Below, in pieces: positions 10,071-18,373 of a stretch of 64,000 bases of DNA (within the stretch, counting starts at the first letter, position 1; every line of letters starts with the position of its first letter). The DNA is from Candidatus Omnitrophota bacterium (GTDB taxonomy: Bacteria > Omnitrophota > Gorgyraeia > Pluralincolimonadales > Pluralincolimonadaceae): NCBI GenBank assembly GCA_003141835.1, contig PLNR01000006.1:142558-206557 (forward strand). The letters run 5' to 3'. The notes under the pieces are model-generated. The model was not told where the DNA came from, ran no database searches, and saw only the letters and a list, made by a program, of their open reading frames with translations. The position numbers and the translations under genes were made by a program.

Positions 10071-10421
10071 TCACCTCCCCCATGCTATACCGGTGCAAAC
10101 AAAATCACGCAATCTTATATTCTCTTTTACAGGCACAGCCTCAAGTTTAATAGTAAAACCGACATAACGCAAGACCTTTTCCAGCGTCTCCATACTGCTG
10201 AATTCACCATTCTCGATCTTCGATATATGTTGTTGGGTAACACTGATCTTCTTCGCCAGTTGTCCCTGCGTGAGTTTGTGGTCGATGCGGTAGCGGATGA
10301 TGGGTATAACAATCTTTAATTTTTGCTGGCTTATCTCCCACCGCTTCCTGAAATCCGGATTTTTCTTCAGCTCCTCGATATGCTCATTAACACTCATTCC
10401 TAAATGAATATTTCTTTTCAT
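10071..10421 (-). CDS. HTH XRE-family antitoxin (HigA-like)
   Basis: LTQGQLAKKISVTQQHISKIENGE helix-turn-helix. Overlaps the upstream toxin gene by 4 nt. Confidence 0.65.
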   Translation of the reverse strand: MKRNIHLGMSVNEHIEELKKNPDFRKRWEISQQKLKIVIPIIRYRIDHKLTQGQLAKKISVTQQHISKIENGEFSSMETLEKVLRYVGFTIKLEAVPVKENIRLRDFVCTGIAWGR

Positions 10422-10816
10422 ATTCCCTCCCTTTGGCTACTAATAGATATCTTACGTCTTTGTCTGGCCAATGAAATTTCTTTAAGTGGCATTTTTGCGC
10501 TCTTCTTGACAAACGCGTTTGTCATAATGGCTCTGTTCTCCCAAAAGAAATATAATATTCTGATTGTGCCAGCTTCGCTTTGAAATCTTAATTCGAATAT
10601 ATCATCGCCGATATATTTTGAATACGGTTGTTTTAACTCCCTTCCTAATTCTTCGAGCAATCTTTGAATATAAGCAAATTTATCCTGTGTTTTTGATTCA
10701 AACGACTCTATGAATTCCTTTACCGGCATCCTTCCTGAACTTAAACTGTAATAGAAACAGTTAAATCTTCCCACTCTCGCCTCCTTAACTTTACAACCAT
10801 TTAGTTGTATTGTCAA
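10418..10816 (-). CDS. RelE/ParE-superfamily toxin (HigB / Gp49-like). True start possibly the internal Met (MPVKEF...).
   Basis: IFELRFQSEAGTIRILYFFWENRAIMTNAFVKKSAKMPLKEISLARQR matches addiction-module killer proteins. It sits upstream of the XRE antitoxin. Confidence 0.6.
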   Translation of the reverse strand: MTIQLNGCKVKEARVGRFNCFYYSLSSGRMPVKEFIESFESKTQDKFAYIQRLLEELGRELKQPYSKYIGDDIFELRFQSEAGTIRILYFFWENRAIMTNAFVKKSAKMPLKEISLARQRRKISISSQREGI

Positions 10817-10908
10817 TACGTCTTTTTACTGCCCTTATTGTAATAGACGTATAAAGAAGGCATTTTCTTTCAAAATTATTTTTATAAGGGCGTGGATGGA
10901 GGACTGCC

Positions 10909-12120
10909 CTAAACTTGGTATTCTTCGCCGTCAGTTAGGATTTTGACGTTCTGGAATAGTTTGGGATATCTCTCGGCTTCAAAGGTATGGATGGGGATAA
11001 GGACGCGGGGATTAAGGGCCTTGGCGAAGGCCTGGAGGTCCTCGATGATAGCGTGGCCGCTGGTATGTACCGGCTCGATTATCAGACCCTCGCGCTCACA
11101 ATATGCTTTGAATTCATCGGTCAGATATCCCTGCCACATCGAATAAATTATCTTGGCGCCGCGCGCGCCATCGAGTTCCTTCACCGCGATCGGGAAAAAG
11201 GAATTATCGCGCGCCAGCATAAGTATCCTGTTTTTCATGCGGGCGATCTCGAATAGATCGATCTTTCGCTTGTTATAGACAAAAAGCAAATCCCTGTACC
11301 CGGCGCTTTCTAAACATTTGGCATGGTACCCAAGGAATTTTACCCTGATATTCTTCCAATTAAACTGCGGTATATTTTTAGACACCTTTCTCAGCTTATC
11401 CAATATAAACGCGGTATAAAGGTCTATCACGAATACCGAATCCGTCTTCAAGCATGCCCTGTAAGCCGAAACGATCCTGTCGATGTTCTGGGACGAGGCA
11501 AATAGAAAGGTGATCTCCTTCCTCTCTTCCAATATCCGGGCGATCCGCGCCTCGACCTCTTTCTCGTCTTTATACTCCTGCGCGCCCCTGCCGAGCATCG
11601 AGCCCTCCATTATCAGGCAATCAATATCCTTCGGCGGGGCTTCTAACATCATCTTGAATAACGCGCTCTTCCTCCCGTGGCCGCGGAAATCGCCGGAATA
11701 GAATATCCTCTTGCCTTCGCCCTCCACAAGGAAAGTAAGCGCGTCAAACGCGGAATGGTCGACCTGATACGGCGTCACCGTCATGTCCCCAACGACAAAA
11801 GGCTTTTTTGGCTTTACGATGCGCGTGTTTATCTTGCCGGTCTTGTTCGGCGTGAATATATTGGACACCTCTATCAGCTCTTTTGCCCCCTGGCTCATAT
11901 AAACGGGGATATCCGGATGGATGTGGCCCAGCAAGCCATAATGGTCCATGTGGGAATGTGAGATAAGTACGGCATCCGGGAGGATTTTGGGATAGGATGG
12001 CTTTTCGATCTCTTCGTCCAGCGGCTGGCCGAAATCTATCAGGAGCCGCGTTTTATCTGTCTTTAACTCGACGCAGCTACCGCCGATTTCCTGAGTGCCG
12101 CGGTGGATTGTTACTTGCAC
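10909..12120 (-). CDS. MBL-fold metallo-hydrolase (possible nuclease)
   Basis: HSHMDHYG metallo-beta-lactamase motif near the N-terminus, 403 aa. Start overlaps the upstream gene by 1 nt. Confidence 0.65.
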   Translation of the reverse strand: MQVTIHRGTQEIGGSCVELKTDKTRLLIDFGQPLDEEIEKPSYPKILPDAVLISHSHMDHYGLLGHIHPDIPVYMSQGAKELIEVSNIFTPNKTGKINTRIVKPKKPFVVGDMTVTPYQVDHSAFDALTFLVEGEGKRIFYSGDFRGHGRKSALFKMMLEAPPKDIDCLIMEGSMLGRGAQEYKDEKEVEARIARILEERKEITFLFASSQNIDRIVSAYRACLKTDSVFVIDLYTAFILDKLRKVSKNIPQFNWKNIRVKFLGYHAKCLESAGYRDLLFVYNKRKIDLFEIARMKNRILMLARDNSFFPIAVKELDGARGAKIIYSMWQGYLTDEFKAYCEREGLIIEPVHTSGHAIIEDLQAFAKALNPRVLIPIHTFEAERYPKLFQNVKILTDGEEYQV

Positions 12121-12965
12121 TATTTAATCCTGCTAAAATCAATCTCGTTTTTTATATGTAATATTTTTATCTCGGGATGCTTTTTCTTAAGCCCATTTAT
12201 GCTCTGCTCAGCCAAACCTGAATACCCCCCAACGACAACAATTCCCAAAACACCTTCGACAATATCGATCTCCAAACCGTCTGGCAACAGCCCGAGTCCC
12301 CGCTTCTGTAATGCATTCTTTACGTAACACTCCTTATACTGCTGAAAGTTCTTTGTAATACGCTCAATATAGCCGCTAAGTTGCGTAAAGACCTCTTCCT
12401 TCAATTCCAAATTATTTCCCAGCTTAACTTCCAAGACGCAGAACTGATATTTGCCTGCATTATTCCTCTTGAGCGCAAGAAGATCCATCTTAGTAGAGCT
12501 GTCCCGGTCAACAACCTGCCGGTCGATTATTATCAAATCATCTCTGTTAGAATTGTCGGTCAAGATCATTTGCTCGAAAACGATCTCCTCTTGAAACTGA
12601 ACTTCTTTAACCTTTTGTCCCATCAATAATAAATTTCTCGTGCTAAAAAAGGAATGCAATTTCTTATGCCCAACGGTGAATAAATAGTACTCCTTCTCCA
12701 TAGCGTTCTTGAACCGTTTAACCGCAGGGCCCATACCTTCTACAAATTTACGATGGATTCTGATTTCGTACAGATTTTTTGACTTACGGTAGGATATTTT
12801 CCCAAGGCTGTTGCCTTTATAATAAAGATTTAGGTAATCGTCGCGTATCTGCAAACCATACTCAAAACCAGATTGCTTGATCTTATTAATCAAGAAGTCG
12901 AAATCCCTCTTCACGGCCTCGTATGTTTCCTGAGATAGATATCGGCTTATAACTTTATTTTTCAT
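12120..12965 (-). CDS. hypothetical protein with PD-(D/E)XK-like signature (candidate nuclease)
   Basis: 281 aa, AT-rich. MDLLAL...CVLEVK fits a D-x(n)-E-x-K pattern. Unrelated to anything I recognise. Confidence 0.4.
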   Translation of the reverse strand: MKNKVISRYLSQETYEAVKRDFDFLINKIKQSGFEYGLQIRDDYLNLYYKGNSLGKISYRKSKNLYEIRIHRKFVEGMGPAVKRFKNAMEKEYYLFTVGHKKLHSFFSTRNLLLMGQKVKEVQFQEEIVFEQMILTDNSNRDDLIIIDRQVVDRDSSTKMDLLALKRNNAGKYQFCVLEVKLGNNLELKEEVFTQLSGYIERITKNFQQYKECYVKNALQKRGLGLLPDGLEIDIVEGVLGIVVVGGYSGLAEQSINGLKKKHPEIKILHIKNEIDFSRIK

Positions 12966-12992
12966 TTTAGGTTTCCTGCGAACCTTTTATTT

Positions 12993-13053
12993 GGGGACAC
13001 TCTGCAGCCTGTCCCTTTTTGACACGCCCCTATTACCTACTATTACCTATTAC
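12993..13053. repeat. island repeat unit U1 (GGGGACAC...TGTCCCTTTTTGACACGCCCC plus TATTACC tandem)
   Basis: Shares the core GGGGMSKTKTCAAAAAGGGACA (reverse orientation) with U2, U3 and the helicase-gene element. It sits between the Dam-like MTase stop and the 281-aa gene start. Confidence 0.5.
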
Positions 13054-13101
13054 TTCTTCGTGATTTTGCCTTTTTTACGCCCATAAAATAGCAACCTTAG
13101 G

Positions 13102-13989
13102 TTATACAAATAATGTAAAACAATGTTTATTTTTGATTTTGGGTAAGATACAATTCTCGCTGGATATTAATAATTCCTTACCGATGCTAGCTTTATGAAT
13201 AGAATATCTTATTTTAAGATTATTCCGCTGAACGCCTTTGTAAATATTCTTAATAAATGCTATGTTATCATATGAAAGAACCCATTTTAGATCGCTATTT
13301 TCTTTCAAATAATTGCTTAGTCTTTCGTGTTCTTGGGCCTCCATGTAATATTTATATAAATCTCTTCCCTTTTGATAATACGGAGGATCCAAATATATTA
13401 AATAATTTGATTTATCAGGACTTTTTAACGCTAAGTAAGTTTTTAAAAAATCGACTCCATCCTTATTAAATAGCTCAATTTTACTTTTATATTTTGATAT
13501 CAGTTCGATTCTTTTAATTAAATTTATTTTATTAAACCTTGCGTCAATCTTCCATTCGCCATCCTGCTTCATGCCACCTACTGGACCTGACGATAGTATT
13601 CCAGAACGGTTGCAACGATTTAGATAGAAGCTAGCAAACCCAACATCAATATCTGAACCATGTTTTATAAATTCTTTGTCCTTCAATAAATCTCTTTGTA
13701 TTTTCCACTCGCTAATTTTAACAGGTGTAGAAATTACGCGCGCAATAAAACCATCTGTTTGATTTAAAACTGCTTTCCAGAATTTATATATTCGTTCATC
13801 CAAATCGTTAAGTACGATTTTGTCAACGAACCCTTTCGTCAACAAATTTAAAGCTGCGCCAGCTCCTCCAGCAAAAGGTTCAATATACGCTACGTTGACT
13901 AATTCATTGCTTTGGATCACTTTATTTAAATATTTCCACAAAGCTGTTTTTCCGCCGGGGTATCTCAAGGGACTTATATGATTATCCAT
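13102..13989 (-). CDS. DNA adenine methyltransferase, Dam-like (alpha class)
   Basis: EPFAGGAGAALN (motif I) near the N-terminus and YLDPPYY (motif IV, DPPY) in the C-terminal half. AT-rich. Confidence 0.8.
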   Translation of the reverse strand: MDNHISPLRYPGGKTALWKYLNKVIQSNELVNVAYIEPFAGGAGAALNLLTKGFVDKIVLNDLDERIYKFWKAVLNQTDGFIARVISTPVKISEWKIQRDLLKDKEFIKHGSDIDVGFASFYLNRCNRSGILSSGPVGGMKQDGEWKIDARFNKINLIKRIELISKYKSKIELFNKDGVDFLKTYLALKSPDKSNYLIYLDPPYYQKGRDLYKYYMEAQEHERLSNYLKENSDLKWVLSYDNIAFIKNIYKGVQRNNLKIRYSIHKASIGKELLISSENCILPKIKNKHCFTLFV

Positions 13990-15374
13990 TATTCGTTCTT
14001 TTTTAGAACATGTCTCAAATATTCAGATAATTTTTTCCACTTATCTGAAAGCACTGTTCTGTCAGGTATATAACTAGCGTTATGTACGAAAGAGTTCAAA
14101 TCGTCCAATATTGGTTCTTTTCCTTTAAAATCGACATATTTTTTAAGCGCTTTCTTAATTTGCGGATCCATCGCTATATCATTTTCACTAAGCCAAAGTA
14201 GCATTCCCTTAAGTGAGGGCCACGTATCTGGTAAACTTTTCCCGCTTTTTAACTTAGTTTCATCGCGGTTTTTATATTTTTTTAATTCCCCGCTTCTCTC
14301 CATGTAAATATACGTGCCCAATTCTACTAATAGTCTAAAAGTTACCGCATGGGCATTTGGATATGTTTTAGGGTTGAGCCCGTGCAGTTCTCTAAATATA
14401 TCTTTGATTCGCTCATTATTGATTTCACATATAATCGCATCTGGGATAATCGACTTAAACTGAAGTGTTTTAGGTATTTGGTTTTTTATGGCGGATTTTT
14501 TGAAATCTCCAGGATTTGAAAGATAATCTTCTATTGCATCTGCTGTACTTAAATTTCTTGAATTGACTTCTTTATTGGCAATATCCTCAACAATCTGTTT
14601 TAACTTTATATCAGTCTTTTTCTCATTTTCTATAAACTCAATATTTCCATTATCGTTGTAAGTAACTTTTAGATAATCTTTACCTGGCTTGCTTTGAACA
14701 ACTCTATCTAGGGTAGTAAATTCAAATTTTTCTTTTTCGTTTCCGTTTTCTAGACTTAATAATTGATCTTTAATTTTTTTCGAAATAGGTAGTTTGTGTG
14801 CTCTCTGAATGAAGTTGTAACTTACAATTAATTTTTTTATTTTATTAGCTTTGACACCAACGGATAGCGATAAATTATTGATTGTTTCTCCATCTCTAAT
14901 ACGCCGGTAATAAAATATGGCTTGATTTATCGGCAGCCACTTTTTAATAGGTATTTCTGTATGTCTACCTGCAATAATATAATCAGCATCTTTCCTGCTT
15001 GGAGCAAGTACCCCGTTTATTTTTTTAATACTACCTGATTTAGCATTTTTTGCAATTGCCTTAAATCGTTTTTGGTACTTATCAGGTGCGATGCTGGGAT
15101 TCAAAAGAAGCTTGCATGCTGCAAGCCGCCTATTTCCTTCTAATACATATAGTTTTCCTTCTATATCACAAACTATTATAACCTCTGTTGGTAAAAAACC
15201 TCTTTCTGCTATTCTTAACGATAGATCTATAATATTCTCATATTTAATTAGCTCTTCAAGAATGTTTTCTTCTGATAACTCTTCTAAATTAGCAAATCGC
15301 GGGTTTTCAGGGTCTAGTAACAAATTCTCTACATCATACTTATCTATCTTCCAATCCGAATAATTTGTTGGCAT
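13989..15374 (-). CDS. ParB N-terminal (ParB/Srx nuclease-like) domain protein, 461 aa
   Basis: LYVLEGNRRLAACKLLLN matches the ParB GxRR box. Long lysine-rich C-terminal region of unknown function. Its stop overlaps the MTase start (13989). Confidence 0.6.
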   Translation of the reverse strand: MPTNYSDWKIDKYDVENLLLDPENPRFANLEELSEENILEELIKYENIIDLSLRIAERGFLPTEVIIVCDIEGKLYVLEGNRRLAACKLLLNPSIAPDKYQKRFKAIAKNAKSGSIKKINGVLAPSRKDADYIIAGRHTEIPIKKWLPINQAIFYYRRIRDGETINNLSLSVGVKANKIKKLIVSYNFIQRAHKLPISKKIKDQLLSLENGNEKEKFEFTTLDRVVQSKPGKDYLKVTYNDNGNIEFIENEKKTDIKLKQIVEDIANKEVNSRNLSTADAIEDYLSNPGDFKKSAIKNQIPKTLQFKSIIPDAIICEINNERIKDIFRELHGLNPKTYPNAHAVTFRLLVELGTYIYMERSGELKKYKNRDETKLKSGKSLPDTWPSLKGMLLWLSENDIAMDPQIKKALKKYVDFKGKEPILDDLNSFVHNASYIPDRTVLSDKWKKLSEYLRHVLKKNE

Positions 15375-15427
15375 TTAAACCTCCTCAAGTAATAAAATAT
15401 CTTCCGCCCTTATTTGAAATTTAACTA

Positions 15428-15500
15428 GGGGGACGCATACCTTATGACACTGTGCAACCTGTCCCTTTTTGAAGAGTCCTCTATTCTACTTCTATTATTT
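15428..15500. repeat. island repeat unit U2
   Basis: GACACTGTGCAACCTGTCCCTTTTTGAAGAG...CTATTCTACTTCTATTATTT is collinear with U1. Confidence 0.45.
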
Positions 15501-15514
15501 GCTATGGGAACTTC

Positions 15515-15575
15515 GGGGACGTGTCATTTTGGGGCACCCTGCAATCTATTTCTTTTTGACACGTCACTAATATTT
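15515..15575. repeat. island repeat unit U3 (bounded by 9-bp inverted repeat GACGTGTCA / TGACACGTC)
   Basis: GGGGACGTGTCATTTTGGGGCACCCTGCAATCTATTTCTTTTTGACACGTCAC. Confidence 0.45.
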
Positions 15576-15619
15576 TGAATTGATCTGCTCAGAGCTTATC
15601 TAGATTGGAGTATTAGTAA

Positions 15620-16561
15620 TCAAATGCCTTTCAAAAGCTTAGAAAATCCTGCGGTATTAACGAAATAATTGCTCTTATTCTTTTTAAGATATTTATATAT
15701 ATCTTTTTTTGCTTTTGACATCTTATTGTCTGTTGATGCTTCAATTAGTTCGTTAAACATAATTCCATCCAAAAATGCTACATACGAAACATTTTTGTCT
15801 GTGTATTTCAATAAATCCACTATTTCTACAATTGCACCGTATTGCCCTCCACCGCCACCTTTTTTATGTTTATGCTCAACAACATACATATTAGGCCCTT
15901 TTTGAATATAACAATCTGGCATCTTACCTTGTTTTGATTTACTCCATTCAAATTTAATATTACGTTTGTTACAAATGTCTTTAAAATATTTTTTCTCTCC
16001 TTTATCAGGCAATAAATAAAACGAATCCTTTTTGATATCATCGCTTCTTTTATATCTTTTGAAACCTTCCCGCTCAACAAGCATAATAATCTTATTTGCT
16101 CCTGTTGAGCCCCCTCTTTTATGCGAATAATTGTCAGATAGTACTTGTAAAACAATATTAGAATATCCATGAGATGAATACATCGAATGCCTATCCTTAA
16201 TATATTTAATTAACAATTCCCGTAGTAATTTTTTTCTTTCTTGTTCTTTTTCGGCACGCAGTACAGAATATGGCATATCCCATACCATTAAATATTGCGA
16301 GAATGCCGTATAATTCATATGATGTATTTTGAATAATATTGAATCAATCTCCCTGATAATTTCATCATCCTGCTTCTTGGTGAGCTTACCATCCAAAGTA
16401 TGGTACGTTGTTATTAGATCAATTAACCTTTCATTGCTATTAATAATCTTGTTTTTATCTTTTGCGTTTTTCGTTATTACAATAATTTCTTTTTTATTAG
16501 CATCATCAAAAATCTGCTCTCTATTCTTTAACGAGTATTCGAATAAGAGGATGTTGTCCAT
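15620..16561 (-). CDS. hypothetical protein; candidate restriction endonuclease partner of the adjacent MTase
   Basis: 313 aa, AT-rich, no recognisable motifs. Overlaps the upstream NPPY methyltransferase gene by 34 nt. Confidence 0.35.
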   Translation of the reverse strand: MDNILLFEYSLKNREQIFDDANKKEIIVITKNAKDKNKIINSNERLIDLITTYHTLDGKLTKKQDDEIIREIDSILFKIHHMNYTAFSQYLMVWDMPYSVLRAEKEQERKKLLRELLIKYIKDRHSMYSSHGYSNIVLQVLSDNYSHKRGGSTGANKIIMLVEREGFKRYKRSDDIKKDSFYLLPDKGEKKYFKDICNKRNIKFEWSKSKQGKMPDCYIQKGPNMYVVEHKHKKGGGGGQYGAIVEIVDLLKYTDKNVSYVAFLDGIMFNELIEASTDNKMSKAKKDIYKYLKKNKSNYFVNTAGFSKLLKGI

Positions 16562-17613
16562 AATAATTCTTCTCCATAAATATTATTATACGCATTTTCG
16601 AGTATGGCCCTTGCAGTTTCATAATCTAGGCGCCTTCTTCTGCAACCATTTTTCATATTTCCTTTAAAGGGCGACAAAAGCACATCATTCGTTTTGTCTC
16701 TATAATCTGTAAGAATGTTATTGCATTTCTCCAAAAACAATTCTAGCTTATCATGCTTTAATTTATCCAATTTAATTATTGTTATTAGCCTAGAGCTTAT
16801 CTTAATCCCCTTTAAATCATAATCAAGTTCTTCCTTTTTCATGAATTTTATCATGGATTTAGGATTTGTTGTGTCGACCGCTCTTAAGGCAATATTTCCA
16901 CTAGTATCATTAAAAAATATCCTAAGGTATTTTGCGGGCCTTAATCTCAATTTTTCATAATAGTCCAGATTATTTAAATATTTATCATTTTTATACACCT
17001 TGATTTCCGAATATTCTTTTGCTCTGCCATCAAAGCAAAGAACACATACCGGCGTCTCTGTATCATCAAAACAATTTTCTTCTATTATAGTAATCGAATT
17101 TAATCGATATTTATGCTTAAAATTACTATTTATGAAAGTCTCTGGAACAATTGCTACAACGTATTCTTGCGCTTGCAGCATTTTTTCAAGTGCAATTAAA
17201 TATAAATCGCCATATTCAGAACTAATAAAATAATTTTCAGTACTATCATAGATACCTTTTCTTTTAGCACTATAATTACTTAGGTAGGGCGGATTTGTAA
17301 TTATTATGGCATTTTTTCTTGTGGGAATTTTTAATAAACTATCATTCACTGGGAAATTCTTTTTAGAGTCTATGTCCAAACCAAACGCTTTGGTAATTCC
17401 GAAATTATCGGAGAGTTTTAACAAATCGCCGTCTCCAGCATATGGATCATAAATCTCACTACAACCGCTGGATATCACGAATTCTTTAATATGAGTTTTT
17501 AGCCATTTATCTTTTTTAGTAAAATATTGTCCTAATATTTTTTGGTTCATATAATGCCTCTGACAATATTGCGTTTTTTCGTCTCTAACATGGACTTTTA
17601 TCTCGCTTGTCAT
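16528..17613 (-). CDS. N6-adenine (or N4-cytosine) DNA methyltransferase, gamma-class order (motif I then NPPY)
   Basis: DPYAGDGDLL (SAM-binding) followed about 40 residues later by IIITNPPY. Confidence 0.7.
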   Translation of the reverse strand: MTSEIKVHVRDEKTQYCQRHYMNQKILGQYFTKKDKWLKTHIKEFVISSGCSEIYDPYAGDGDLLKLSDNFGITKAFGLDIDSKKNFPVNDSLLKIPTRKNAIIITNPPYLSNYSAKRKGIYDSTENYFISSEYGDLYLIALEKMLQAQEYVVAIVPETFINSNFKHKYRLNSITIIEENCFDDTETPVCVLCFDGRAKEYSEIKVYKNDKYLNNLDYYEKLRLRPAKYLRIFFNDTSGNIALRAVDTTNPKSMIKFMKKEELDYDLKGIKISSRLITIIKLDKLKHDKLELFLEKCNNILTDYRDKTNDVLLSPFKGNMKNGCRRRRLDYETARAILENAYNNIYGEELLWTTSSYSNTR

Positions 17614-17661
17614 GTGTATTTTAACACCTCCCTATTCATGCGTCAATGCAAGGTTTCTTTG

Positions 17662-17710
17662 CTTCCTTACCTATATAGACGCAAGTTAGGAAGATTTTCT
17701 TTCAACTATT
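17662..17710. repeat. about 50-bp hairpin repeat, copy B (partner of 9200-9250)
   Basis: CTTCCTTACCTATATAGACGCAAGTTAGGAAGATTTTCTTTCAACTATT. Identical 18-bp tail and TATAGACGC loop. Confidence 0.6.
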
Positions 17711-17764
17711 TTTTAGAGTTTCCCCTATAACTCCTCACCTTTCATCGGCGTTGCACTCGGGTCC

Positions 17765-17992
17765 CTAATAATTAAAAATATCTTTAATAGCAAAATTATC
17801 TTCCGGCTTTAGCGCGCGAAGGGCATTCAGAATCTTATGTTGGATATTAAGGGTTAATCGCCTTCCCTTGCGCCCCTTTTGCACCATCTTATGCGACAAC
17901 TGCTCAGTGGAAATCTTAACAAGGTCAGAGTTTGAAAAACCTAGCCGCACCATGATCCTGTCAAGCGGCTGGATGCCTAATTCTTCCTTCAT
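17765..17992 (-). CDS. small hypothetical protein (75 aa), basic, possibly DNA-binding
   Basis: Its ATG overlaps the TGA of the upstream NYN gene (ATGA). Flanked by a roughly 30-bp direct repeat. Confidence 0.35.
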   Translation of the reverse strand: MKEELGIQPLDRIMVRLGFSNSDLVKISTEQLSHKMVQKGRKGRRLTLNIQHKILNALRALKPEDNFAIKDIFNY

Positions 17993-18360
17993 ATTTTACT
18001 CCAAAACTCCTCGCATTTCATCGGCGTTGCACGCGCATCCTTCGCATAAAAATACAGCGAGCGGTCGGAGGAGACGACACGCAGGTTGCGGCGCTGGCGC
18101 GGCGGGATCTGGTCGATGTGTTTCTTTATGTAAGAGTCGGCGTTCCGGGCCGCGACGATATGCAGTTTCGCCGTGCTCCTGTTCGGTATATCGAGATATT
18201 CATTCTTGCTGTCGAATACAAGGGTGATGGGGTCGGCGTGGGTCTCCTGGAACTTCTCCAGGATAGCGATCAGGTGCATGGCGCCGGCCAGGGCGTCGTC
18301 ATGATCTATCCCTGAGCCTTCGTGGCGGACCATGTTCCAACCGTCTATAAGTATAGGCAT
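17989..18360 (-). CDS. NYN/PIN-like (YacP-like) domain protein
   Basis: N-terminal ILIDGWNMV and acidic residues are typical of YacP/NYN nucleases. Confidence 0.5.
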   Translation of the reverse strand: MPILIDGWNMVRHEGSGIDHDDALAGAMHLIAILEKFQETHADPITLVFDSKNEYLDIPNRSTAKLHIVAARNADSYIKKHIDQIPPRQRRNLRVVSSDRSLYFYAKDARATPMKCEEFWSKI

Positions 18361-18373
18361 GGCTCCCTAGCAC

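Noticed and set aside
13989-15374. Annotating the ParB-domain protein as a chromosome or plasmid partition protein
   Set aside because: No parA partner and no obvious parS arrays. It is located in an AT-rich island and translationally coupled to a DNA methyltransferase, so a partition role is unlikely.
12993-15575. Possible degenerate CRISPR array formed by repeat units U1, U2 and U3
   Set aside because: Only three units, irregular spacing (about 2.4 kb, then about 95 bp), substantial divergence between units, internal inverted repeats typical of MITEs, and no cas genes in the window.
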